Shown here piece by piece: positions 38,071 through 51,002 of a stretch of DNA of 64,000 nt. Source of the stretch: Lama glama (lineage: Eukaryota); assembly GCA_028534125.1 (NCBI GenBank), contig CM052816.1, positions 98,520,001 through 98,584,000 of the forward strand, written 5' to 3'. The notes beneath the pieces are model-generated. The model made no database searches. It worked only from the letters and a program-made list of their open reading frames with translations, and was not told the origin of the DNA. How positions within the stretch are numbered: the first letter of the stretch is position 1; each line of letters opens with the position of its first letter. The position numbers and the translations under genes are program-made.

Positions 38071-40309
38071 CTGCACCCCCTCCCGCCCCCGCCAAGACAG
38101 CTCGTGCTGCTGGCTACACGCGGCCCCCTCACACCTGTGCCCGTGCCTCTTTGCGGTCACCTCCCCAGAGTTCAGCCCGGTGTGTGGCACATCCAGGACA
38201 CTCAAAAGAGGTCTGTGAGCGACTGCCTTCCCTGTCCTGGGCTGCACTGCAGTAAGCCACCCTCTCTTCTAGCCTGCAGAGAACAAGAGCAGCCTCTCCC
38301 GTTTCTTACGAACGACCACAGCCTGGTACTTTGCAGACAGCTCACTATCCCACTTTGTGCCTTTCAGTTACTCAGGACAGTCACTGCTCTCGCCACTTCA
38401 CAGACGGGAGAGCAGAGAAGCGAGGAGCTCGGACACCTGAGCCAGAGTCTGCCGGGGTGTGCCTGTCGGGGGTCTGAGTCACGCGAGCCCAGTTCCTGAC
38501 CATGGGGTTCCTCAACTCTAGCTCACGCTGTTGACAGAATTCACGAGTCGCGTTAATCACCTTGTGCTCAGCGCAGTTTCATCTGTCACTTTGTCTTACA
38601 TGGACTTGTCCAGAGGCAGCCTGATGGGAGACGGATGGATACAAGCTCAGTGCACTGCTCCAGCGGGAGCCAAGGAGAGGCGACCAGAAAGGGAACAATA
38701 CTGCCCCCTCTTGACACCAATTGCTGATGGCATTGCAGTTGCCTCAATCTCTGGGAAGCCACTGGGACCAGGCAGCACACCTGCCCTAGATACAAGGACA
38801 CCTTGGCACACCCCTCTCAGCCCTTCACCCCAGGGAGCAGCTGTCCAGCTTCCTCTCTGGGTCTTCCTGTGGGATCCACCTCTCCTTGGAAGCTTTATCC
38901 CTTATTGTGAACGTGTCAGACTCTATCTCGCGTGTACGAATCTCAAGATAGCAAATCGGATCCACCGCAGTGAAATCAATACCTTATTCACTGTTTGCAC
39001 ATCGTGTGTAGAGAGGCAGGCACTAAAACAAAGCATTAGCAATACTTTTCATTGGATGATAGCCAGAGTGGAGGGAAGATGTGTTTTAATTTCCGTTCTT
39101 TATGAGTTTCCAGGGAGACCAGTCAGATAACGAAGGTCTTGTTCTATCAAAAGCGTGCCCCTCCACCTCTCTTGGTCGGTTCACTATTAAATCACTGCCC
39201 ACACATCGCTCTCCGTCGCTCTTGGTTGTAAATGTGTCCACAGTGGTACCCTTAGATGATCATGCTGTTTGGAAACCTGAGCTCCCAGCAACGGCCTGGA
39301 GGCAGCAACCATACTGTTCTCCAAATTAAAGAAAAGGAGCCAAAAAAAAGAAAAATGCGGGTCAGATGAAAGCTTTCACGGGGAGTGTGAGTTCCACGCG
39401 GTCCTTATTTTTCCTGCTCACTGTCAAAGCAACGGCAAACACCAGTAATCTCTTCTAGATCTTCCATGCAAGTCCCTTTGAATCCTAGCCACACACCGCA
39501 AAGCCTCGCCTCGTCTCAAACGTATCAGCAAGGGTAGGAGTCGACCTTGCTCAGCGGGAGCGGACAAACAGCGCCTGTGCCAGACTGCAGCCGAGATAAA
39601 TCACCTCCCCCTCACGGGAGCCGGCGCTTTGGGAAGCTGCGTGGGCCAGCACATCAAGCTGTCCTAAACTGTTTCCGCTCCTGAACCTGTCCCGAGTTCC
39701 AAACACCCAGGGCTCCTCTGGGACTGGCCCGCGGTTCCTTCAAGCCCACTGTCCCCAGTGCTCTTCACTGTGACAGCATCCAGGGCTTCTCAAATTGTAG
39801 GGCTCCCCAGGCACTCAGGTGAGACTGTGACTCTGTCGTCAGATGGGTGATCCGAGTAAATTAGCTTCCCACTCACACTATCCAATGAGCGTTGTCAACT
39901 AAATGACCCAAGCAAAGAGCTTCCTCTGTGATTCTTAGTTCAAATTATCCTACCCGTTACATAGCTCTTCAGTCTGCTTAAAATCGTCTTTACCACCTAT
40001 TCTTCCAGAACAGGACACAGTGCATTAAAGACGTTATTGCTGTTTTAGTGGGCACTAGAGATCTTTGTCCCAGCGGTCAACGACACAGCCCAACCTGACA
40101 TGAAAACTGATTCTTGGACTGAGATCAGAAAACAGCAGAAAAGGGAATGTTTCTCCTTCACCTTCAAGGTCCCCACCCTATGTCTTTTCCACGTCCTTTC
40201 CTTCAACCATTTTTTTTGTTTTAAATCTTCCCTCTTCCCATTTCCTGTTTAATGTGCTCTCGGTAAAAGAATCAAATTCTTTTTTGAGAAAAAGATGAGA
40301 ATTAACCTT

Positions 40310-40360
40310 TTATTCCCTTCCAGTTTTATTGAGATATGATTGGCATACAGCACTGTATAT
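40310..40360 (-). mobile_element. Very short L1 3' terminal fragment
   Basis: ttccagttttattgagatatgattggcatacagcactgtata is similar to the start of 42355-42522. Confidence 0.55.
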
Positions 40361-40361
40361 T

Positions 40362-40460
40362 GGGGGGGGGGATAAATCATTGTTTCTTTTTAATGGAGGT
40401 ACTGGGCATTGAACCCAGGACCTCATGTTTGCTCGGCACGTCTCTGCCCCTCAAGCATTA
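40362..40460 (-). mobile_element. tRNA-Ala-derived SINE (vic-1-like), diverged
   Basis: atggaggtactgggcattgaacccaggacctcatg, as in the other copies. Confidence 0.75.
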
Positions 40461-41419
40461 ACGTTTTGACTTTAACTGTTGAATATTTAAGATGCCCCAG
40501 GAATAGCCAAACCAATGGCCACTTATGCATGCGTGGCCTCCCCCAACTGCCCGACCTCTGACCTCCTCCTCCCATCTCTGATGCCAGAAGACCCCTCAGC
40601 TTTTCTCCCCGCTTTGGTCCTTGGCCACCGGCTTTGGAGCTCTCCCGCTCTCCTGGTGACGTCACTTTCCCGAGTTCTGCGGCCTCCCCCGGCCCTGTTA
40701 CCTGCACACCTATGACAAAGCCAGCATTCAGCTCTGCCCCAATCTTCCTCTTCTTTTTAACCTGGGAAGGATTAATGTCGTGAATCATTGGCATTCTCAG
40801 AGTCCAGACCAGAGACCCCTCTAGATAAGCCAAAGGAAGTGACCTCTGGTTGAAGAACTTCAAATACCAACTGACTATGGTCTATTCCTGTCCTCCAGGT
40901 CCCCTCCTGCCTCCCACTCCCACCTCAAATCGCAACTCACAAGCCGCCTCCCAGGTCAGCATAAGTGGAAGGCATCTGTCTTTCCTATGATCATGGGGAA
41001 CCTCCAATTTCCTTAGTGTGTGGTGGCTCTGGGGGATCAGAGCAAGGGGGACGTCACAGTAGGATTTTTGGTAGTAAATGTTTTAGTCTTTCCAATCAGA
41101 TGCCATCGGTAAGGAGGGAAAACATAGACACACGAAAAGAGTGCAAATGTTGGCACGTGTCAGCAACCCTTTTCCTCTACTCTCGGGGCCTGGCGGTTCT
41201 CTCTCCTCCTGACTCCGTTTCCAGCGTCTTCACTCCATCATCCTTGTGTACACCGCCCTCCCCAGCCTTCTTCTCTCCAGACAGCGCCAGGGCTCTCGCT
41301 GTCCCGGGGTTCCTTACAGGGACACTCAGTCTTGCAGAGCTGAGGTTACAAACTCAACAACCAGTAAGTAAAATGCATTTTTCTCACCCTGAGCTTTTAA
41401 TCTTTCAATTACTTGCACA

Positions 41420-41600
41420 TATTTAAAACCAAGGGCATTAACATCTGCATTTCCAGATTTTCTCCATAAATAAAATATCTAGCAATGTTTAGTCTGCATT
41501 TCCACATAGCACCAACTGGCCAGAGCCAGGTTGTGACCTCTCGGTGCGACTCACCCAGTATATTGACTGCAAGCCTCCCCACGCACCAATAATCTCTGTG
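41420..41600. mobile_element. Possible MER102-like hAT fragment
   Basis: atctagcaatgtttagtctgcatttccacatagcaccaactggccagagc. Confidence 0.35.
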
Positions 41601-41610
41601 GTTTGCTGAC

Positions 41611-41965
41611 TGTTTCGGGCTGAATGTGTCCTCCCCAAATTCACATGTTGAATCCTAATCTTCAGTGTGATGGTCTTTGGAAGTGGAGCCTTTGGGAAGT
41701 AAGTAGGTCATGAGGGTGGAACCCTCATGAATGAGGTCAGTTCCCTTTATAAGATGAGGCCAGAGAGTGAGCTAGCATTCTTTCCACCATGTGAGGATGC
41801 AGTGGAAAGGCAGCTGACTTCCTGGAAGAGAGCTCTCACCAGAACCCGACAGTGCTGGCTCCCTGATCTCTGGCTTTTTGCCTCCAGAAGCGTGAGAACT
41901 GAATGTCTGTTGATTGTAAGTCACCCAGCTTATGATGTTTTGTTATAAAAACCCAAGCTAAGGTA
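41611..41965 (+). mobile_element. MaLR LTR, MLT1A-like
   Basis: ggctgaatgtgtcctccccaaattcacatgttgaatcctaa...catgagggtggaaccctcatgaatg...cctccagaagcgtgag; homologous to 16186-16530. Confidence 0.92.
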
Positions 41966-42074
41966 CTAATCAAGTAATCAGCAAACTCACAAGGTGGTGA
42001 GCTGCTCACCAGTGGAATCCTGCGTCAAGGATGGAGTCACTATCCACAGAGACATCTCTAAATTGCCAGTGACC

Positions 42075-42195
42075 AACTGAGTCATAAAATACTGCTGCTC
42101 TGATTTAGCGGGTCTGGGGTACAGCCTGGGCACTGGGATTTCTAACGGTTTCCCTGGTGATTCTCACATCCAGACAAGATCAAGACCCATGGCCT
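42075..42195. mobile_element. MER5-like fragment
   Basis: ctgatttagcgggtctggggtacagcctgggcactgggatttctaac...ccctggtgattct. Confidence 0.6.
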
Positions 42196-42354
42196 GGAGG
42201 ATTCCTGCTTCTCCTGGACAGTAAACCATGTGGCCTATTGGATCTCTTTCTGTTTTAAGAATCCACTATTCTCTGAATTCCTTCTTTCGTCTATTGAGAA
42301 TCTTTTTTTAATTTTTGTTCAAAGAAGACTTGCAAGCAATAGTCAGAAATGTGT

Positions 42355-42522
42355 TTTCCCAGCTTCATGGAGATAGAAGCGACATATAGCACTGTGTAAG
42401 TTTAAAGTGTACAATATGTTGATTTGATACGTTTACATATTGCAAAATGATTACACTATAGTGTTAGCTAACCCTCCCACCATGCCACATAATTACCATT
42501 TATTTTTGTGTGGTGAAAATGT
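42355..42522 (-). mobile_element. L1MA9-like 3' end
   Basis: gcactgtgtaagtttaaagtgtacaatatgttgatttgatac...tattgcaaaatgattac...cataattaccatt...tgtggtgaaaa. Confidence 0.8.
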
Positions 42523-42819
42523 GTTCTTTTTGAGCTTCTCTAATTCAAAAGGGGAAAAAAACACTGATGTGATTGAAACTGCAAGCTGGTAAAAGTAGTA
42601 ATTTGCATTTCAGTGGTTACACTGAATTGACATTCGGGGATTAATTATTTGGGGGAGGGGCGTCTTGCATTTGAGGTAGCTACTGTCAAGAAGGATGAGA
42701 ACTGAGTAAGGTTAAACAGCCAGGTATTAGAGCTTTCTTTACATAGGTTAAAAAATAGTCCACTGGACAGTGAGAATGGAACAGTGTGTAGCAGAGGAAG
42801 GACAGTTGAAGGACACAAC

Positions 42820-43030
42820 ATTTCTTTAATAGTAAATGATGGATAAGCATCTCTACATGGGTCACCTTATTACCCCTGTACCATGACCAAGATAATGGTA
42901 GAATTATTCTCAGATGGCAGGTGAGGAAACAGAAAACTTGAGAGGTTAATTTGTCCAGGGTGACACAGCCAGGAAGGAACAGAACCAAGACAGGTCCTTC
43001 TAAAATCTGAGAGTTGGACAACCATGCTCC
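42820..43030 (-). mobile_element. MIR
   Basis: gcaggtgaggaaacagaaaacttgagaggttaatttgtccagggtgacacagcc. Confidence 0.7.
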
Positions 43031-45339
43031 CCCACCTGCCTGGGGTGAGGAGAGAGCTGGACAGAAGTCTGTATGCCCAAAGAGCTGCCCAGCTGGTGTC
43101 ACTCAGCTCCACTTGCTCACCAGGGTCATGGCCAGAAAGAAGCACGCAGACATGGAGCCCATGGGACAAGTGAAGGTCAGGGTCCACAGAGAGGGAAGCC
43201 AGCTAAGTTCCCAAGGCCTACTCCCCCAACAACCATGTAAATGTCTGCTTAATTACAGTCCTACCACCGAAATATCCACCCCCCTTCTTTGGCAGGATAA
43301 GGTCTCTGTGGAGAAGGACCCCCCCATCCCCAATCACACTTAGCTACCCATGTCTTGCAAGCTGCTGGAAGCAGAATTCACACAGATGGCTTTGCCTGCC
43401 TGCTCTCAGCATCACTCTGTGCTTAGTACCAAAAGTCTGAGATGCAGCCAATGGACATGACACACCACCTGGACATTCCCTGGCTGGCCCTGAAATTCCA
43501 ACCATCTGCATGGCCCCTCATGCATCTGAAAGCACCCTGCAGTGAGCATGGTAACAGGACATGGTGGCCTGGCTCTTATCTTTCCCATGATGAAGCAGAT
43601 ACTCAACCACTGTGTCTTCAGAGACAAGGCAAAATGTGACACTGGATAATGTCACTTGTGATAGAAGGTGTTGCTTCTTGGCATATGGCTGGCAAGTACA
43701 ACACAAGGAGCTTTAGAGGACACAGTAATTTGTCTGGATCTTTGCACAATAATCACATTAGAAGGATCAAGAAGCACAGGATGAAAATTTAATAAGTGTG
43801 GGCAAAGCTTGGTGACCTATTTATCCCTTGTAATGGCAATACAATAAAACAGATAGGAAATTTCCATCTAACTAGTAAGAGCAAACTCTATTCATAGGAA
43901 GAAATCCCAAATTTTAGGATGTTTGGAACTCCAGATGCCTCTGGGAAACCAGTAGGAAATGAAGTAAAAAGGTCAGCAGGGAGCAGAGCATGAAATCCCA
44001 TGTGTACATGGTATTCCACTTGCTCACTCCTTGCTATCCTCCTCTGTTTTTGCATGAATGTTTTCTGTGATCTGACCTTCACAGCCTGACATGAATACTA
44101 TCCCCAGTTTATCCTTCTCTTGTCTGGATATTTTAGGCCAGTTAGGAACTGTTCACTGATCACCTAGCATGTGAATAAAACCCTATAGGACCACATCAGA
44201 TAGTTGTTAGAGGTTTTATTTTTTTAACAACCCCCTCCATTAATTTCAGCAAGCCAGACACACCTTCCCATGGGAGATCAGCTGGGAGGCTCATAACTGT
44301 GCTGCAGACAATGAGCACTTCAAATAAAACTGCACTCTTTGAACACCCCCTCACTTCCACTTTCTGGACTCCAGCCTTTCTGATTGCACCCACATCCACT
44401 TGGCCTTTTGATGAGGAAAGGTGCATCATAAGTCTTCAACTACTAAACTGTACTGGATCCCAGTTTTGTTGGAGGGAAGATAATCACGGATATCACTCTC
44501 CTTTCTGGTGTTTATCTCATTTTAGCTTCTTCACACATAGGAGGAGTATAGGAATATCATTATAAAGCAGCAAAAGAAAATAAATTATCGCTGGGTTATA
44601 GCACCCCCTACTGCCAGTGCTCTTTTGAATCCAGATTATTAACCAGTTTTCAAAGATGCAAGTGCTTCATAACTAAGATAAACAAGAGTGTGAGAAGCCT
44701 GGGGGTTTCCTGGATCTGGGAGGGGAGAGCACTGTCTCTAGGGACAGATGCAATCACCATTCAGAGAAAAAGAGAGACCAAATCTTAATACAGCACAGTC
44801 ATTAACCTCTTGACTAAACTAAATTCTAAAAAAGTATGATTTGCTCTTATGGGCTTACTGTTTAAAAAAAACCTCACATCTCATAAGATATCCTCTTTTA
44901 AAATCCAGTTATGAAGCTTCATCCAAGTGTAGCACAGGTGGGAGAACTAGTTCCAAGCTCAGTTTTCCCAAAGGGTAATAGAGCCCAACCTATATTCTCA
45001 CTTAAAACATTAGCAGAGCACTGAGTCTTCCAATAGGCGCTTTTTTTAAAAAAAAAAGTCTACCACTTGGTATTTATTTCAAAGTTACAAAGATCAAGCT
45101 TTGTGAAAGAACCAACCACCATAACTACCAAAAAAAAAAAAAAGTATTAATGTCCGTAAACGTCAGCAGTTGGAGACCAGGTCAGCACCCGGACAGCTCC
45201 TAGCCTCTCAGTCACTCTCGTCAACCTGGCATGATTTGAAGTTTAATTTCACGACCACTAGGACTCGACTGAGAATGTCACTGAAGCTCTCAGTCCTTCC
45301 TTTGACCAATCCAGCGGCCTGTCCTTGGTCTTCACCTCT

Positions 45340-46060
45340 GAGCCTCTCTTCAGAGCCTTAACGCTCCCGGGCAGCACCTCCTTTCTTGTGGTTCTCCCTC
45401 TCTGGGTTCCCCTCCACGTCACTGCTGTCAAGGAATTCTTAGCCTCTGCCTTCCTCTCTCCTCACTCCTCTCGGAGTTTCCATTCACTCATATGGCTGCA
45501 ACCATGGAGCCCAGTCGTAGATCTGAACATCCTTCCTCAGAATCTCTCCTAATCACTAGTCCCCGCTCCCTACTTTCTCCTGTTCACCCCCCCCGTCATG
45601 TTGCTTAATCATGTCTAGCTCAACAGACTCTGAAATTTGAACTTAGAATTTCCCCAATTAACTCTACCTCCAAATACTTCTATTCTCCACTGTTTTTCAG
45701 TCTCCTAATTGAAAGAGTTTCCTTAAATAACTCCCTTTCATATTTTCACCAGTCAGTTTTTGGATCTCCTCTTTTAAAGCCTCTTCTATCTGCATTTTGT
45801 TTTGATTTGCACTGCCATATTCATTACTCATGCATGGACTTTTGCAATTATGTCCTGTCTCTATCCTCTTTCCCTCCAGTTCACTTTTTCTTACTATTAC
45901 AAGATTAGTCATCATAGAATCCTGCTTTGAACAAGTCACCCTCTGCTAAGCAACCATGAATGACTGCTCATTGTCTGCCAGGTAATGTGTGACCCCTCAG
46001 CCTGAAACTCGCATAATTTCACCAATGACCCTCCCAATCATTATATTTTCTTTTCACTAT
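45340..46060 (+). mobile_element. L2 fragment
   Basis: Pyrimidine-rich; cattcactcatatggctgcaacc, gcatggacttttgcaat, gtcaccctctgctaag...atgactgctcattg. Confidence 0.55.
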
Positions 46061-46069
46061 TTCCTCATT

Positions 46070-46290
46070 TATTTCTTCAGTGCCTACTATGTGCAGGCAC
46101 AGGGCTACATACTGGCCATTTACCATTTCATTAAATTATCACAACAACCTGCCAAGATAGATAGATAGATGCTAATGTTCTTTTTTTTTTTTTTTTGCAG
46201 ATGAGAGAGATGAGACAGCAAAGCAAGGAAACTGCAGCAGTCTTGTGCACTGAACTCCACAGCTGTGGTCTTAACCACAGAACACATTGT
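46070..46290 (-). mobile_element. MIR with an internal (GATA)n/polyT expansion
   Basis: agtgcctactatgtgcaggcac...tcacaacaacctg...ttttgcagatgag. Confidence 0.65.
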
Positions 46291-47369
46291 CATCCATATC
46301 ATCAATAGTTTTGTCCTAGTGGATAAACATACAGCTCTATGTATTGAACAAGTGTTCAATGGACTTAATATATTCAGATTGGCTGCGAACTTCCAGGTTT
46401 CACATCATCTTTGCAACAATGCTCAGAGCAAAGCTCCACAAAGTTCATTAAATCACAATGCCAAGATTTTCTTCTTTTGAATGCTAATAAAGTTCCCTCA
46501 CATCCCTCACTTCTTATCATTAAAGGAAGTACCAGGTTAATGACAACAGTGAGAACTGCAGTTTTGTATTTTATTTATTAAATCAGGCACAGTTCATGGA
46601 CAATCCCAGGTCTTGGTCAAGATCAACACTGAGCATCATTAGACAATGTCAGGGTTAGAGATGGAGACCAGCCTCAGAGTCCTAACACAGGGGGTGGAGT
46701 CACTGAGGGAATGCTGGTTCTCAGGGAGGAACACCAGCGCCAATTGTTTTCCAATTTTTCTCTCATTTTAAACACCAGTGAGGCATGATTAAAAGGTATC
46801 AGTGGACATTGTTAGTTCACAGCCCAAACATAAACCCCGCAATTTAATCAAAAGTACCTTCCTGAAATAGAATGCATTATTTTTAAACTGTTCATTCTGT
46901 ATAATCCAGTGTCTGATCTTGGAAGACTTGAGGTACTTAACTGATAAGACTGCTGAGCTAAGTACAGCATTAATCTAATAATTTCTCAGCGGTACTCACT
47001 GAGGAAATCCTTGAGTGGAGATAACCCTCCCTCCACTAACGCAAACACGAGTTAGGCGTGGACTCTGCTCTCAGTAGCTTTTCTCTAAGCAGACAAGAGA
47101 ATCTCCTCGACGCCAAGAAGATGCTGGCAAGTGATATGACGCTTCCAAGAACATAGCGTGCAAGATGACATGAGACTTGGTTGGCAAAGATCAGTGAGTA
47201 GTTTCTAGAAATGCCTTTTTGATGCATTGATTAATAAGAAGGATGGAGACGTACAGATGAAACGGACAACGATTTTGGACAAAACAAGAAAACTGAGTCA
47301 GAGCTCAGAGATGGGCTCCTATGTGGCTCAGAATAACAGGCCATTTAATTTGAGCAGAGCAGGGATTAA

Positions 47370-48125
47370 GCAGAAAGGTGAAGTGGGAGAGGAGGGGACG
47401 GAGTAGCTAGCACCTGAGGCCAAGGTATCTGGAATTTAATTGTCAATAATGGAAAATGGAGACTTTTAATCACAAAGTAACATGATCAGAAATTTCATAG
47501 AAAGAATTTTCTCCTACACAAATGCAAATAAGCTGTAGAATGCGTTTGCCAGCACACGCTTGAGGAGCAGGTAACCTGAGTTCTTGGCCCAATGCTTGCA
47601 TCATAGTAAGTATTCAGTAAAGGCATAACAATTACCAATGTGACTAGTAACACTCTGGAGGATCAGAGGATGTTTGCATTGACACAAACAGATGAATAAG
47701 GAAGAATGGAGATGAGAAGAATGGATAGGTTCTATTTCGGTTGGTGAGGCTGAAGATACTGGTGGGACTCGGGTGGTGCTCACTAGATAAGATGAACTCA
47801 GACCTGGAGCTGGGGAGAAAGACTGGGGCCAGAAACCAGGAACTGAGATACATCCACACAGGAGAGAGATGACTGCATTAAATGAAATGAGGTGTCAGGG
47901 AGAAGACAAGAAGCTCAGACGCCGATTCCTAGAGAAGACCTCGCCATGAGGAACAGGATGGGAGACAAGCCTGAGAAGGACCAGCAGAGGTGGGGAAGGA
48001 AAATCCAAGGAGTTCATGATACAGAAACCAAGGATGAGACAGTTGAAACAGAAAGGGGAGGCTGACTCCTCACATGCCACACAGAGGTTGCAGCCAGTGA
48101 GAGCTGGGAAGAGGCCCATGACTCC
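47370..48125 (-). mobile_element. L2 fragments, antisense
   Basis: Purine-rich; ctgagaaggaccagcagaggtggggaaggaaaatccaaggag...cagaaaccaagg...atgccacacagagg. Confidence 0.55.
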
Positions 48126-49600
48126 ATCTCTCTTAAGCCAGACTGAGCTCAAAGAGAATTTTGAAACATTTTTTAGTTCTACAACATTTACAATCACAAG
48201 GAATTTATGAGAAAAGTAAATAAATTTAAATATTTAAACTAAAGGATAATCTCTCCTAATTTTGAGAGGATAGGAAAATAAAAGCACAGTGTATTAACTA
48301 TTTCTGTGCCAAGAACCTGCTTTGGTCAGAGTAGTGCCCCTTATTCAGCAAAAGCAACTTGCTTTGTGAAAAAAGGTTGAGTTCTTTGGGATTCTACACC
48401 TGTCAAATTTTTCTCTTTAGAACTGAGATCCTTTGGGAGATCTCAAAGGTGGTGGCTTTTTTGCAGAGAAGGTTTTATAAAGTGATTCTTACAAACTCAT
48501 TGATTCTCTTCTCATTGACTCTCATTACATCTTGTTCAAGTGACCATAAGTTAAGGATGTGATTATTTAGCATAAGTGAAGAGGAGGGAAAATCTATTCT
48601 TACTTTACTATCTTTATTTAAGGCCAGTATCTAGTGAGAATGAAATCAACAAGGAAGCCAATTTTGCTAAATTTTTGTTTACACTGCTATTTCCTGTATC
48701 GCATTCTACTTGCTGCCACTCCTCACCCATCCTGATAAATTAAGGCTGTCTTCTGTGTTCAGCTTAGAGAAAAACCATTAGTATTTCTAAACTTTACATC
48801 CCATTCAGACATTGCTTTTGTTTTTAAATAAAGAAATAGCCTTGGGCACCTTGAACACTACATAGTGAATTTTAAGAAAAAAAATATTAACAAAGTCCTT
48901 TATTATCGCTTTATGAATCAATGCTTTATGAATAATTTGAAAAGTGGTGCTAAGTATCTCTCTTTCCTTCATTCGTGTCTTTCTGTGTTGTCTGACTCAT
49001 CTCAACCACCAAGAAGCTACTGTCAGAGGGCCAAAAACACCCACAACAAGGATCACAGAGCATCACACTCCTTCTCACCCAGACCGCATCCCATTGCCCC
49101 CCAGAATGCCGCACTGCCTTCTGGGACTGTAGGGCTGCCACTCGGTCCTGAGAACCAGCGGTGCCCACAGTAGGACGTGCACACACGTGCTCACTATATT
49201 GAGAAAGTTAGGAACCTACATACCAACTCCTGACCCAGCTCTCTGAGTGGCTGATGCCTGTTTTTCCAACATGTTCACTCTCCTGTCTTCAGTCTGATGA
49301 CATCGTTAGATGCAAATAACATCAAAACTTAGGCTCTATGTTTATGATAAATACGTGAGCAGTATTCTCTCACAATACATAGATTTTTAGTTTCAATCCT
49401 AAACTCTCAGTTTCAGAATCTGATGTTAAGTTAAATTAAATAATATTATTTTAAAGAACATTTTCTCATGGAAAATTATTGTGTATTCTCACCATAGAAA
49501 ATTTGGAAGTTATGGCAAGTACATAGACTAAATTTAAAATCACTTTTATTTTTCATATCCAAAAAGGATCACTGCTAGCAGTGTATTGGTTTAGTCTTCA

Positions 49601-49622
49601 TACACACACACACACACACACA
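49601..49622. repeat. (CA)n microsatellite
   Basis: tacacacacacacacacacaca seen directly. Confidence 0.95.
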
Positions 49623-49889
49623 TGTATGTAACATATATATATCATATGTAAAGTATGCAATATATACATGAAGATGAAGAAATAAAATGTTACATTGGTT
49701 CTCTTTATATATAATACAGGCATGTATGATATATACATATATTAGCATAACTTCATCTGATAATAGAATCGTATCAAATTACTCAATCTTTCCACTTAAA
49801 CTGTGAGCACCTTTTTATTCAGCAAAGGATCATCATCACTTTAATAACTCAGCCCTTGGTCATTTTGTCACCTCTGACTACCCAGTCAC

Positions 49890-50045
49890 ACCAGCAGCAG
49901 TGATAATACCCTTCCTGTGGGGTTGGCATCATTCTTGGTACTTCACAGGCATCACATCATTTAAAGCTCAGAGCAACACTAGCAAGTTGCAAGTAGGGAA
50001 ACTGAGGCACCGGGTGACTCAGCGTCACACGGATAATATGCACTA
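49890..50045 (-). mobile_element. MIR fragment
   Basis: catcatttaaagctcagagcaacac...gggaaactgaggcac...gtcacac. Confidence 0.6.
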
Positions 50046-50051
50046 GGCTGT

Positions 50052-50805
50052 TGTGACACGGTGGCCTAGTTTGAAATATGGATCTGGTCTTCATCTCCAG
50101 TTCCTGGCACATAGCTTCTAGAACCCTTGTCATTTCATGATTGGTAAAAGCTTCGTTTGCTCTAATGAGGTGATTCTTGGTGAGCCCCTGGATAGCTTCA
50201 GGATGCCAGAAAGACCAAACTTTGATTAGAAACCCCGCCACCCATCCCCGTTCTCCAGGAGAGGGGCTGGAGGCTGAGTTAGTAATCAATCATGCTTACA
50301 GGATGAAGCCTCCGTTTTAGAAAACCACTGGATGATGAGGCTCAGAGAGCTTCCGGGTGGGTGAAGGCAGCCACATGCCGGGAGGGCGGCGCACCCCAGC
50401 TCCCTGGAGACAGCAGCTCCCGCGCTCGGGCCCCCAGGGCCTCGCCCTGTGCACCTCCTCACCTGGCTGTTTGCTTGTACCCTCAATTCTGTCCTTTACA
50501 ATAAACGGACAAACATCAGTAAAGTCTTTCCCTACATTCTGTGAGCCTGTATAGCAAATTCCCAAACCTAAAGAGGGGGCCGAGGGACCCCCGACTTCTA
50601 GCTGGTTGGTCAGAATACAGGTGACATCTCGGGACTTGCAACTGTATCTGAGGTGGAGGGGGTGCAGCCTCGTGAGCCTGAGCCCTTGACCGGCAGGGTC
50701 TGTGCTGACTCTGAGTAACTGGTGTCAGAACTGAATCAGATCGTAGGTTGGTGTCTACAGAGAACTGGAGGATTGCTTGGTGTAGAAACCTGTACATTTG
50801 GCAGG
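50052..50805 (+). mobile_element. MER21-like LTR
   Basis: ggtcttcatctccagttcctggcacatagcttctagaacccttg, ggatagcttcaggatg, gagaggggctggaggctgagtt, gagagcttccgggtgggtgaa, tagctggttggtcagaa, gtgtcagaactgaat. Confidence 0.88.
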
Positions 50806-50872
50806 TTTTCCTACAAAAATCCTAAAATCATAGCTGTTTCCAATGTTTTACTAAAAATTCATACAATGAACT

Positions 50873-51002
50873 GGGGAGGGTGTAGCTCAAATGGTAAAGT
50901 GCATGCTTAGTATGCACAAGGTCCTGGGTTCAATCGCCAGTACTTCCCTAAAAATATAAATACACCTAATTACCTCCCCCCACCAAAAATAAAATATTAA
51001 AA
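50873..51002 (+). mobile_element. tRNA-Ala-derived SINE (vic-1-like) with probable TSD
   Basis: ggggagggtgtagctcaaatggtaaagtgcatgcttagtatgcacaaggtcctgggttcaatcgccagtac...cctaattacctcccccc plus A tail. Flanks aaaaattcatacaatga (50853-50869) and aaaaattcataaaacga (51003-51019). Confidence 0.92.

Noticed and set aside
37555..38247. 230-aa ORF on the minus strand
   Set aside because: Mostly antisense read-through of an MLT1 LTR.
50873..50947. tRNA-Ala-like sequence as a tRNA gene
   Set aside because: Followed by a SINE-specific tail, A-rich end and TSD, with mismatched stems; a SINE head rather than a tRNA gene. The same applies to the other three copies.
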